A DNA stretch of 32,000 bases from Candidatus Saccharimonadota bacterium (GTDB lineage: Bacteria > Bacteroidota > Bacteroidia > Cytophagales > Amoebophilaceae): positions 360,001-392,000 of the forward strand of contig NZ_OZ034918.1 of the NCBI RefSeq assembly GCF_964030745.1. The letters run 5' to 3'. Position numbers and translations under genes: made by a program. This document shows, piece after piece, positions 1 to 8,124 of the stretch. Every line of letters starts with the position of its first letter. The first letter of the stretch is position 1. The notes under the pieces are model-generated. The model worked only from the letters and a program-made list of their open reading frames with translations, searched no databases and was not told where the DNA came from.

Positions 1-695
1 TCTCTGGAAGAGAGAATGGCTTTCTCGCCTGCCCTACTTGGTTTACCTGCTGAACGGTTCGGCTGATTGATGGCTACATCACCTCTAGAAATCCAGACTT
101 TAATACCTATTCTACCATAAATGGTGTGGGCTTCTACAGCTGTATAATCTATATCATTACGAAGCGTATGCAGCGGAACAGAGCCCTCTTTGAATTCATC
201 TGACCTGGCCATTTCTGCACCATCTAACCTGCCGGAAACTTTAATCTTAACGCCTTGCGCACCTGAACGAATCACTGCAGCTATACACTGCTTCACCACC
301 CGCTTATAAGGCATGCGACCTCTAATCTGTTGGGCAATTTGCAAAGCAACCAGTTTGGCTTCCAAGTCTGGCCTTTTAACCTCGACAACATTGAGCTCAA
401 CCTCTTTTTTAGTAAGCTTTTTAAGCTCTTCTTTTACCTTATCGACTTCCGCACCTGACTTTCCAATCACAATACCTGGACGGGCAGTTCGAATGGTAAC
501 AGTAATTTTTTTACCCGCACGTTCTATAAGAATTCTAGCAACGCTAGCTTTAGCCATTCGAGCATCTAGATAGGTACGTATTTTTTCATCTTCCATTAAC
601 TTTTCTGCATAGGAAGTTTTTGATGCAAACCAACTAGAATCTGGCTTTCGAATAAAGCCAACTCTAAAACCGACGGGATTAACTTTTTGACCCAT
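1..695 (-). CDS. rpsC: 30S ribosomal protein S3, partial (C-terminus runs off the window start)
   Basis: Reverse-strand ATG at 693-695. The translation begins MGQKVNPVGFRVGFIRKPDSSWFASK...GKKITVTIRTARPGIVIGKSGAEVDKVKEEL, a typical S3 KH-domain sequence. There is no stop before position 1. It sits downstream of rplV, as in S10 operons. It is absent from the ORF track because it is open at the edge. Confidence 0.9.
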   Translation of the reverse strand, partial: MGQKVNPVGFRVGFIRKPDSSWFASKTSYAEKLMEDEKIRTYLDARMAKASVARILIERAGKKITVTIRTARPGIVIGKSGAEVDKVKEELKKLTKKEVELNVVEVKRPDLEAKLVALQIAQQIRGRMPYKRVVKQCIAAVIRSGAQGVKIKVSGRLDGAEMARSDEFKEGSVPLHTLRNDIDYTAVEAHTIYGRIGIKVWISRGDVAINQPNRSAGKPSRAGEKAILSSR

Positions 696-722
696 TGTAG
701 TATTATTTCGTCTATAGTATGG

Positions 723-1109
723 TTAGGTTATGGTATCTGTAGCGACCTGGTGGGGCACATCAGCAAAATATGCTCCACTATCTACCACAATCACAACATG
801 GCTAGATCTTTTTCTAATCCTATGTGCTACACCCCTTGGTGCGGGCATAATTCTTTTGAGCATACCTGCCCTATCCACGGTAATGCTTTTTATAAAAATT
901 GGAGCCTCTTCCAAATCAGCCCCATAATTATTTTGCCAATTTGAAATAGCAGAAAGCAAGAGCTTTCTGAGTTGCACAGCAGCCTGCTGCGGTTTGCTCT
1001 GTAAAATCGCCAATGCCTTCACTACACTTTTACCCCTAATAAGGGCTGCCAATAGCCCAACCTTACGGGCAGATATAGGTAGTTTTCTTAACTTTGCGGT
1101 TGCCTCCAT
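723..1109 (-). CDS. rplV: 50S ribosomal protein L22
   Basis: 128 aa, MEATAKLRKLPISARKVGLLAALIRGKSV..AL.IL....RIMPAPRGVAHRIRKRSSHV. L22 signature and operon position between rpsS and rpsC. Confidence 0.95.
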   Translation of the reverse strand: MEATAKLRKLPISARKVGLLAALIRGKSVVKALAILQSKPQQAAVQLRKLLLSAISNWQNNYGADLEEAPIFIKSITVDRAGMLKRIMPAPRGVAHRIRKRSSHVVIVVDSGAYFADVPHQVATDTIT

Positions 1110-1118
1110 GGTTCAAAT

Positions 1119-1385
1119 TTATCTTTTTTTAGACGTATGGCCTTTAAAATTTTTTGATAAGGCAAACTCACCGACCTTATGGCTTACCATTGATTCTGTA
1201 ATAAAAACGGGAATAAATTTATGACCATTGTGCACGGCAAGAGTATGGCCGACAAAATCTGGCGTAATGGTTGACCGTCTCGACCAGGTTTTGATTACCG
1301 TTTTTTTACCAGATTCATTGAGCATATCTATCTTATGTTGTAGATGGTGGGCCACATAGGGTCCCTTTTTTATAGATCTACCCAT
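1119..1385 (-). CDS. rpsS: 30S ribosomal protein S19
   Basis: 88 aa, [11 protein letters not shown]...[44 protein letters not shown]. Classic S19. Its start overlaps the rplB stop by 1 nt. Confidence 0.97.
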   Translation of the reverse strand: MGRSIKKGPYVAHHLQHKIDMLNESGKKTVIKTWSRRSTITPDFVGHTLAVHNGHKFIPVFITESMVSHKVGEFALSKNFKGHTSKKR

Positions 1386-2212
1386 TACTTTTTCTTTTTA
1401 CTAATGATCAGTCTAGCAGAATATTTATTGCGGTTTCGGGTCTTTTTACCTTTTGTATACAACCCTTTGGCAGATCTAGGATGGCCTCCAGAGGCTTTTC
1501 CTTCTCCACCACCCATTGGGTGATCAACAGGGTTCATTACAACAGCCCGAACACGTGGCCTTTTACCCAACCAACGGCTTCTGCCTGCCTTAGCAATGGT
1601 AACATTATCATGGTCGCTATTGGAAACAGATCCAATAGTAGCCATACAATGGGCCAATACCAACCTCCTTTCTCCAGAAGGCAACTTAATGGTCACATAC
1701 CCGCCACTTTTAGAAAGCAATTGCGCATATGACCCAGCACTTCTGGCCAACGCAGCCCCACGTCCAGGCGCCAATTCAATATTATGAATAATGGTTCCCA
1801 ATGGGATATCCTTCATTTCCATAGCGTTACCTGGATCTATTGAGGCATTTGAGCCTGCTACCACCTTAGCCCCAACCTTAAGCCCCTCTGGCGCTATAAT
1901 ATAACTTTTTTCCCCATCTACATAATGCAATAGGGCAATATATGCTGTACGCATGGGATCATACTCAATCGAGTGTACAAATGCAGGGATGTCCAATTTC
2001 CTTCTCTTGAAATCAATAAGACGAGCCCGCCGCTTATGCCCCCCTCCTCTATGGGGAACGGTAATTCTACCCCGATTATTGCGACCTCCCGTACGTTTGG
2101 TCTTCACTAAGAGTGACTTCTCCGGTTTACGCGCCGTAATAACGGTAGAAAAATCTGGCGCTATTCTAAAACGCTGACCAGGAGTGGTTGGATTAAGTTT
2201 CTTTAATGGCAT
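1385..2212 (-). CDS. rplB: 50S ribosomal protein L2
   Basis: 275 aa with L2 motifs ([34 protein letters not shown]). Confidence 0.98.
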   Translation of the reverse strand: MPLKKLNPTTPGQRFRIAPDFSTVITARKPEKSLLVKTKRTGGRNNRGRITVPHRGGGHKRRARLIDFKRRKLDIPAFVHSIEYDPMRTAYIALLHYVDGEKSYIIAPEGLKVGAKVVAGSNASIDPGNAMEMKDIPLGTIIHNIELAPGRGAALARSAGSYAQLLSKSGGYVTIKLPSGERRLVLAHCMATIGSVSNSDHDNVTIAKAGRSRWLGKRPRVRAVVMNPVDHPMGGGEGKASGGHPRSAKGLYTKGKKTRNRNKYSARLIISKKKK

Positions 2213-2252
2213 AACTAGATCAACTAACAGCTACAAAATTCAATATATTTTT

Positions 2253-2376
2253 TCGAAACCGGCTTCTGCTGGTAATTTACACGTCGCCCCGGTGCTCAAA
2301 TCCTCACGTACATCTAGTACGCTCCGGTTTTGCGCTCCGTGTCTCCTATAAATTCCTCAACATAAGCCGGTTTCGA
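2253..2376. mobile_element. 124-bp MITE-like hairpin element between rplB and rplW
   Basis: Perfect 13-bp terminal inverted repeat, TCGAAACCGGCTT (2253-2265) / AAGCCGGTTTCGA (2364-2376). The interior is an imperfect long palindrome. It fills an unusually long (184 bp) spacer inside the S10 operon. Confidence 0.5.
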
Positions 2377-2396
2377 GAGCAGTCTCATGCAAAAGG

Positions 2397-2684
2397 TTAG
2401 AAACTATTATAAAACTCTATAACATCTCCCTTCTTAAGGGTTACAAGTACTTTCTTGTAAGAAGCTCTTTTTCCTTTCATAACGCAGGATTTGGTATGCC
2501 GCGTTATGGATTTACCAGCATAACGCATGGTATTAATTTTATCCACTGTAACGCCATAAAAACGTTCAATTTCTTTTCGTATCTGGTGCTTACCTGCACG
2601 GTCATCTACAATTAGACCATATACACCATGCTTATTCAGTGCCGATACTTTTTCGGTTACTAAGGGTTTTTTTAAGATACTCAT
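2397..2684 (-). CDS. rplW: 50S ribosomal protein L23
   Basis: 95 aa, MSILKKPLVTEKVSAL...KHQIRKEIERFYGVTVDKINTM. L23 pattern and operon position. Confidence 0.95.
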   Translation of the reverse strand: MSILKKPLVTEKVSALNKHGVYGLIVDDRAGKHQIRKEIERFYGVTVDKINTMRYAGKSITRHTKSCVMKGKRASYKKVLVTLKKGDVIEFYNSF

Positions 2685-2687
2685 CTG

Positions 2688-3317
2688 TTATTGTGTCAAT
2701 TTTTCTACTATAGACCCTATAGCACTCTCCATGATCAACAACTGTTTTGCCTGCAACAGGTCATAGGTATTGACATGATCTACACAAAGTACTTTTGTTT
2801 GCTTTATATTCCTACTGGATAGCAGAATGTTTTTATCTACGCTAGGCAAGATCAACAATGTCTTCTTATCAAGAAAAGACAAATTTTGCAACATACCTAA
2901 GTAGTTTTTTGTTTTAGGCGTCTCAAAAGAAAAGGACTCTAAAATGGAGATATGACTGGTCTTAGCTTTATAGGTAAATGCAGATTTTCTAGCCAACCTT
3001 TTTACCTTACGATTCAATTTAAAACTATAATCCCTTGGTCTTGGACCAAAAATACGACCACCTCCTCTGAATAAAGGGGATTTGGTATCACCCGCTCTAG
3101 CGGTACCTGTACCTTTTTGTCTTTTAATTTTTCTTCTGGAACCGCTTACTGCGCCACGCTCCTTTGACTGATGGGTCCCTTGCCGTTTACCTGCCAGAAT
3201 AGACCTTACATCCAGATAAATGGCATGGTCGTTTGGCTCAATACCAAAAACCTCCTCTGGCAATACGACAGAACGGCCTGCCTCCTCCCCTGTATATTTT
3301 AATACTGATAGGTTCAT
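2688..3317 (-). CDS. rplD: 50S ribosomal protein L4
   Basis: 209 aa with KRQKGTGTARAGDTKSPLFRGGGRIFGPRPRDY. L4 signature. Confidence 0.95.
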   Translation of the reverse strand: MNLSVLKYTGEEAGRSVVLPEEVFGIEPNDHAIYLDVRSILAGKRQGTHQSKERGAVSGSRRKIKRQKGTGTARAGDTKSPLFRGGGRIFGPRPRDYSFKLNRKVKRLARKSAFTYKAKTSHISILESFSFETPKTKNYLGMLQNLSFLDKKTLLILPSVDKNILLSSRNIKQTKVLCVDHVNTYDLLQAKQLLIMESAIGSIVEKLTQ

Positions 3318-3318
3318 T

Positions 3319-3951
3319 TTACTTCTCCAAAATTACATAACCATTATTCGCGCCAGGGACTGCTCCATGGAGTACGATCAAATCTTTTTCTGGCAACACT
3401 TTGATTACCTGCAGGTTTGCCACCTTAACCCTATCACCACCTGTTCTTCCCGCCATACGCATTCCCTTGAATACGCGAGATGGAAAAGAAGCCGCACCAA
3501 CAGAACCAGGCGCTCTTTCTCGATTGTGTTGACCATGAGAACGTCCACCCACCCCACTAAAACCATGTCGCTTTACCACACCTTGAAAGCCTTTACCCTT
3601 GGATGTGCCCACCACATCTATAAACTCACCTTCTGCAAAAACATCTTCTATACGAATCACCTGACCCAATGTTATCTGTTGCAAGAGCGCTTCATCTTCG
3701 CATCTAAACTCAGCTTGCTTGTGCTTGGGCGTGGTAGCAGCCTTGGCAAAGTGGCCTATAAGGGATTTGGTCGTATTTTTTTCTTTTTTATCGTCATAAG
3801 ACAACTGAATAGCCTGATACCCATCTGTAGACCTTGTTTTAAGCTGCGTCACCACACAAGGACCTCCTTGAATAACGGTACATGCTTTCTTTTGACCTTT
3901 ACTATCATAAATACTGGTCATCCCAATTTTTTTTCCTATGATTCCAATCAT
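3319..3951 (-). CDS. rplC: 50S ribosomal protein L3
   Basis: 210 aa, [16 protein letters not shown]...[36 protein letters not shown]3 signature. Confidence 0.97.
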   Translation of the reverse strand: MIGIIGKKIGMTSIYDSKGQKKACTVIQGGPCVVTQLKTRSTDGYQAIQLSYDDKKEKNTTKSLIGHFAKAATTPKHKQAEFRCEDEALLQQITLGQVIRIEDVFAEGEFIDVVGTSKGKGFQGVVKRHGFSGVGGRSHGQHNRERAPGSVGAASFPSRVFKGMRMAGRTGGDRVKVANLQVIKVLPEKDLIVLHGAVPGANNGYVILEK

Positions 3952-3984
3952 GGCTTAACATTAATGGTACCCACTCAATCGCTC

Positions 3985-3992
3985 CAAAACTA
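3985..3992 (-). promoter_or_regulatory. Candidate Bacteroidota -7 promoter box (TAGTTTTG, matches TAnnTTTG) upstream of rplC
   Basis: The reverse strand reads TAGTTTTG about 33 nt upstream of the rplC ATG. No well-spaced -33 TTTG was found, so support is weak. Confidence 0.25.
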
Positions 3993-4162
3993 GCAAAAAA
4001 AACCAGGAAGGATATACAGCGAGAGGGCAAATTTAAATAAAAATACAAGCCGAATCAAGAGATCGACTTTAAAACCCCACCCCATCCAGGATGCGCGTGA
4101 TCCAAAGATATAAAAAATAATGAACAAAGAAAAACATCAGCACAGAGCTGGCTGCGCCAGTT

Positions 4163-4239
4163 TATATTTAATGGTATTGATGTCAATACCATTAAATATA
4201 AAGCACCATAATGGGTGCTGCTGTTCCCATTATGGTGCT
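4163..4239 (-). terminator. Two tandem perfect hairpins downstream of the 150-aa lipoprotein gene (probable intrinsic terminator)
   Basis: Hairpin 1 (4163-4200): 18-bp perfect stem TATATTTAATGGTATTGA / TCAATACCATTAAATATA with a 2-nt loop. Hairpin 2 (4202-4239): 14-bp perfect stem AGCACCATAATGGG / CCCATTATGGTGCT with a 10-nt loop. Hairpin 2 starts 10 nt after the stop at 4249-4251. On the transcribed strand it is followed by TTTATATTT. Confidence 0.6.
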
Positions 4240-4248
4240 TCTGTAGTA

Positions 4249-4701
4249 CTACCTAGTACTATTGCCCCATTTCCTATTGCCCTCGTCTATCGCATTAGTA
4301 ACATTAGACTCGAGCTGGTCTAGGTATTGAGGATTTGTAGTGGTATTTATGTTTGATGGTATAGTACTTTCATTCCCACTGGTTGACATGAGCGGTGCAA
4401 TGGTAGTTATATTACCATCATTATTCATACCCGGATTAAGTTCATTTCCTCGCAATACCGTATATATGCCATATATGCCCCCTATAGTGATACCAGCCAA
4501 TCCAAGGCCTACAACCCCTTTTACCCCCTTAGCGATGTACGGGTGTCGGTGCTCAAATCTGTTCCAGTTACCCCCGGTCCAGCCCATTTTCTCCCTCATA
4601 CTATGTCCACCTAGTTCTTGATTCGTATTGACGCAAGAAGAGAAGATATTAAAGCTTAATAGACCGATACATAGGCCTATCTTATGTATATGCGTTTTCA
4701 T
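4249..4701 (-). CDS. Hypothetical lipoprotein/membrane protein
   Basis: 150 aa. The N-terminal signal has a Bacteroidota-style lipobox (LLSFNIFSSC). A second Gly-rich hydrophobic segment is present (GVVGLGLAGITIGGIYGIYTVL). The C-terminus is Asn/Thr/Ser-rich. I recognise no family. Confidence 0.55.
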   Translation of the reverse strand: MKTHIHKIGLCIGLLSFNIFSSCVNTNQELGGHSMREKMGWTGGNWNRFEHRHPYIAKGVKGVVGLGLAGITIGGIYGIYTVLRGNELNPGMNNDGNITTIAPLMSTSGNESTIPSNINTTTNPQYLDQLESNVTNAIDEGNRKWGNSTR

Positions 4702-5110
4702 AGAATTTACCGTTTTAATTTATACGTTATTATGTTTAATTACCACTACTAATCAGCATTAGTTTCAATACATATCCCACAGTCTATCCATATTGGTCTA
4801 TTTTGCTTGGCCTCTTAATAAGGAGAAAAACTTAATGAGTCCTATAGGCCTAATGGATAAGAGGAATTTTATTGAAAATGAAGCTAATGTTATTACATAA
4901 AGGAACAAAAAAATACATACAACTCCAAACATCTGCAACTCAAAAACACAACATCTATAGAAGGCTGTATTCGGGATAGATTTGTTTCATGAATAGGGTT
5001 CCTATTTGGTATCTGTTCCACAAATAAGGCTAACTTAAGGGCAATATATTATTTTATTATGGCAGCTGTGTTTATAGATCGTTCATGTGCCCTCCGCTTA
5101 TGCGTTCGAT

Positions 5111-5211
5111 CAATGGCGCGGGCTTAAGAGATAAATATTATTGACTATTAAATGGAACAGCATTTTTTACATGGAGTATTGGTATACGCAGCACTTATGG
5201 CCACCGATAAA
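5111..5211 (+). repeat. 101-bp dispersed repeat, copy 1 (second copy at 7640-7740)
   Basis: CAATGGCGCGGGCTTAAGAGATAAATATTATTGACTATTAAATGG...TTATGGCCACCGATAAA. By eye it differs from the 7640-7740 copy at 5 positions. Confidence 0.8.
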
Positions 5212-5380
5212 AAATTTGGCGCGCAGTAACATTAATGAAACAACCTACTTACCAGCGGGGAAATTATAGACCTCAGCCCGCTACGCGGGCTTCAAGCGAG
5301 CAGCTGGTTTTCTGATTCACTGAAAAACAGATTTTTCAAATACTACAGGTGACTGAAGCGCTAAATTCCCTTATCGGCGG
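5201..5380. mobile_element. Hairpin MITE (GCCCGC-core family), diverged copy
   Basis: Inverted ends CCACCGATAAAAAATTTGGCGC / GCGCTAAATTCCCTTATCGGCGG. Central stem-loop AGCCCGCTACGCGGGCT at 5275-5291. Same architecture as the copies at 7775-7985 and 26466-26678. Confidence 0.55.
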
Positions 5381-5470
5381 TCACAATATAATAGTTTATT
5401 ATTCTATCCATTTAGCCTTTTAACAATACGATCCCAAAACAAGAAAACGCCCCTGGTGAGCGCATGCGCA

Positions 5471-6070
5471 CTACAACATAGCCTCTAAATAGCCTTCTGG
5501 GAGTTGTACGGTAACCTGCTGTGTTACTTCATCTATGTTTACCAGGAATGGCTTACCATAAGGAATCAATAACTCTTTTCCATGATGGTTTACCGCCATC
5601 ATATACTGATCTCGTACGCAATATATAGCTTGTATGATACCAAGCGGACCCACCACAACCTCTTGAACCAAACCATCTACCAGGCTATAAGGCAGTGCAG
5701 CTTTTGTCCATTTAGGCTTAAGGGCTAGGGGAAGAAATAGGGGTAGGTTACGGAGGGCATAAGCCTCCGTTTTGGATCGAATAAGTGCTAATCGTATAAT
5801 CGTTTTGGCTTCCGTAGTTATACTATGCTCAATGCAATAGGGTACCTTTACGTGATCTATTTCTACAAAAAGTGCGGGTAGCTTCATGAGCTCAGTATGG
5901 TCTAGTGGGTATACAAATGAAGCTACTAGACCGCCCTCTGTTCCAGTTGGTTTTTTAAATGAACCAATTTTGAAATATTGCTCATTTTGAATAGATTGGT
6001 AAAAAAGTTCTATGGGATATAAGGACATAAAAGAAATTTGTTTCCTGCTTTTTTCATATCCACTCACCAT
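5471..6070 (-). CDS. rimM: 16S rRNA processing protein RimM (start uncertain; possibly Met15 at 6028)
   Basis: The N-terminal segment YFKIGSFKKPTGTEGGLVASF is RimM-like. The C-terminal PRC-barrel-like segment is VNHHGKELLIPYGKPFLVNIDEVTQQVTVQLPEGYLEAML. The first ATG lies inside the inverted repeat of an adjacent MITE. Confidence 0.7.
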   Translation of the reverse strand: MVSGYEKSRKQISFMSLYPIELFYQSIQNEQYFKIGSFKKPTGTEGGLVASFVYPLDHTELMKLPALFVEIDHVKVPYCIEHSITTEAKTIIRLALIRSKTEAYALRNLPLFLPLALKPKWTKAALPYSLVDGLVQEVVVGPLGIIQAIYCVRDQYMMAVNHHGKELLIPYGKPFLVNIDEVTQQVTVQLPEGYLEAML

Positions 6071-6188
6071 TGTGGCAGAAAATGCGTTTTTTCTAGCTTT
6101 TCACGAAAATTTTAACCAAAATTAGGCGTTTACGGTAAAATAACTATCCTAAAACAGGCCGAAAAGTAAATTTTAGCCACAATGGTGA
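6064..6188. mobile_element. 125-bp MITE-like element with 13-bp perfect terminal inverted repeats
   Basis: TCACCATTGTGGC (6064-6076) / GCCACAATGGTGA (6176-6188). An internal segment, GAAAATGCGTTTTTTCTAG, recurs in inverted form at about 7998-8020. Confidence 0.5.
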
Positions 6189-6261
6189 ATAGATACGCTC
6201 TATTTAATAATCAATAAAACATGCTCCTTAAGTTGACAGCATTGACTGAATGGAATATCAA

Positions 6262-7392
6262 TCACTTTAATATAGCAACAAGCACAGTTATGTCGTCTGG
6301 CTTACCTCTAGGGGTTTTCGAATTTTCGTATGCTTTTACTGTTAGAGCACGCGCGATATCCCTTGCGATTTCTTGTATAGACTTTTTAGAAGGATCACAT
6401 CCGACGACGGTGTCAGAGACAGTTGTACGAATTTTTTTGGAACTGACGTTATCAGACAGACCATCTGTACCCATAATAACAATATCCTCTTGTTGTATTT
6501 CGAATGACAGAGAAGCACAACGATCTTTTGTATATTCGGCACAAGGATATTCTGCTTGACCACTACCCATTACTGCTTTACGTTTTTTATATTCTTCATA
6601 TTCTTTTTTATTAACACGCATTGATATTGCACAAGGCCAATTCTCACCATGCATTGTTTCTTCAGATTTATAAGGATCCTCATAACCATCTTTATCCTTG
6701 CGCAAGAGCATCATGGAAGAGTCCCCTATATTGACAACTACGCACTTACCTGCATGGTAATCTATCTTTACCAAATTAAACGTGGTCGCAGCCCAATTCA
6801 ATGCATATGGCTCACCATTGTTATTTTCTTGACTTAGCTTATATTCGTCTTCTGTCAACTTTCCTTCCTTGAGTTCTTTCTCATTTCTTTCTTTCTCCGC
6901 TTCGAGGCATTTTTTTAACCAATCTGGACATATCTCCTTACAAGCACTATCAATCTCTTCTTCTGTGGATTCAGGATTAGATGGTTCGATAATCTGCCCG
7001 ATTAGTTCGCGAGATAAAGTGGCTGAGTCTCCCCAAGCCCCTCCAACACCATCTGCGACAGCGAGTATGGCTTTACTCTCTTGTACATTAAAAGCAGCAG
7101 CATCTTGTCCAAATTGACACACGGATTTATTTTCTGCCATAACCTTTATGTCACTATCCTGTCCGGATTCATCGACTCCAGCTATTGCTATAGCTCCAAC
7201 CCTTACACAACCAGTAGTAGTTGGTCTGATATCGACACCTGAAGAACATGCACCCTGAGCATCTTTATTTCCATCTGGATACAAACCAGATGCAGATAAA
7301 ACCTGACAGCTGAAATGCAAAAAGCAAAGAAGCATTAGCCCTGCAAGGTACATGGAAACTTTTTTAATATTAAAGGATGATAGAGACACCAT
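6262..7392 (-). CDS. Secreted or lipid-anchored PP2C-family Ser/Thr protein phosphatase
   Basis: 376 aa. PP2C motifs: FGQDAAAF, AVADGVGGAWGDSATLS, VNIGDSSMMLLRKD, IMGTDGLSDNVS, GKPDDITVLVAIL. The N-terminus is a hydrophobic signal ending in FLHFSC (lipobox-like). There is an internal Lys/Glu-rich insert. Confidence 0.8.
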   Translation of the reverse strand: MVSLSSFNIKKVSMYLAGLMLLCFLHFSCQVLSASGLYPDGNKDAQGACSSGVDIRPTTTGCVRVGAIAIAGVDESGQDSDIKVMAENKSVCQFGQDAAAFNVQESKAILAVADGVGGAWGDSATLSRELIGQIIEPSNPESTEEEIDSACKEICPDWLKKCLEAEKERNEKELKEGKLTEDEYKLSQENNNGEPYALNWAATTFNLVKIDYHAGKCVVVNIGDSSMMLLRKDKDGYEDPYKSEETMHGENWPCAISMRVNKKEYEEYKKRKAVMGSGQAEYPCAEYTKDRCASLSFEIQQEDIVIMGTDGLSDNVSSKKIRTTVSDTVVGCDPSKKSIQEIARDIARALTVKAYENSKTPRGKPDDITVLVAILK

Positions 7393-7404
7393 ATTGAGTA
7401 ATTA

Positions 7405-7452
7405 GTTTAATTAGGAGTTTAATTAGGAGTTTAATTAGGAGTTTAATTAGGT
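7405..7452. repeat. Tandem repeat, 12-bp unit GTTTAATTAGGA x4 (last unit ends in T)
   Basis: Units at 7405-7416, 7417-7428, 7429-7440 and 7441-7452, preceded by a degenerate partial unit at 7396-7404. The array begins 13 nt upstream of the PP2C start codon (7390-7392). Confidence 0.95.
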
Positions 7453-7639
7453 TAAATACAAATAAGTAAGATTACAGCAACTTTGTTAGCATGCCTATTT
7501 TCAAAAAGACATCTTTAAGTTAAACTTTAAATTAGATAAATGCCAGAAAATTAACTACGAAATTTTTTAAAAAAAAGCAAATAGACCAGTTGGTAATTTA
7601 ACTAATTATTCAGCATACTCACACCATTGCCTGAACAGA

Positions 7640-7740
7640 CAATGGCGCGGACTTAAGAGATAAATATTATTGACTATTAAATAGAACAGTATTTTTTACA
7701 CGGAGTATTGGTATACGCAGTACTTATGGCCACCGATAAA
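7640..7740 (+). repeat. 101-bp dispersed repeat, copy 2
   Basis: About 95% identical by eye to 5111-5211. Confidence 0.8.
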
Positions 7741-7774
7741 GGAATGCAGCCACAATAGCCTTTCTTATTATTGT

Positions 7775-7985
7775 CAGCCCTGCGTCTCCTTCGATAAAAA
7801 ATGGCGCTCTAGTAAAACACGAACACCTGAGCGATATCTTTTTCAGCGGATTAGAAAATCGTCTGTGTGAAGCCCGCTTGCGGGCTGAGTTCACGATTTT
7901 CCCGCTGAAAAAGATATCGATTCAGCTATTTACTATCGGGCCAGACTTTTTATCGAAGGAGATATGGGGCCCAGACACAGGCGTG
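7775..7985. mobile_element. Hairpin MITE (GCCCGC-core family), full copy of about 211 bp
   Basis: Nested inverted repeats: TCTCCTTCGATAAAAA / TTTTTATCGAAGGAGA, GATATCTTTTTCAGCGG / CCGCTGAAAAAGATATC, and a central AGCCCGCTTGCGGGCT. Near-identical to 26466-26678. Confidence 0.75.
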
Positions 7986-8124
7986 TAATGAAGTTTCTTA
8001 AAAAACTAGAAAAAATGCGTTTTCAACCACAGTGCTGAGCAAAAAAAATAAGACAAATTCCTTAAACCCACACCATTGCCTGAACAGATACCTTTTTACA
8101 GGCAACGCCCTTTTGTCACAAATG

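Noticed and set aside
3220-3993. 257-aa plus-strand ORF, plus plus-strand ORFs at 313-573, 687-944, 730-927, 994-1224, 1481-1732, 1596-1787 and 1953-2177
   Set aside because: All are antisense to unmistakable ribosomal protein genes and have non-protein-like composition. They are shadow ORFs.
6221-6563. 112-aa plus-strand and 73-aa minus-strand alternative-frame ORFs overlapping the PP2C gene, plus 6649-6837 and 6869-7117
   Set aside because: The PP2C frame carries all family motifs across this span. The others are overlapping shadow ORFs.
7396-7452. Possible CRISPR array or CRISPR-like repeats
   Set aside because: The 12-bp units are directly adjacent with no spacers, and no cas genes are nearby. 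It is a simple tandem repeat.
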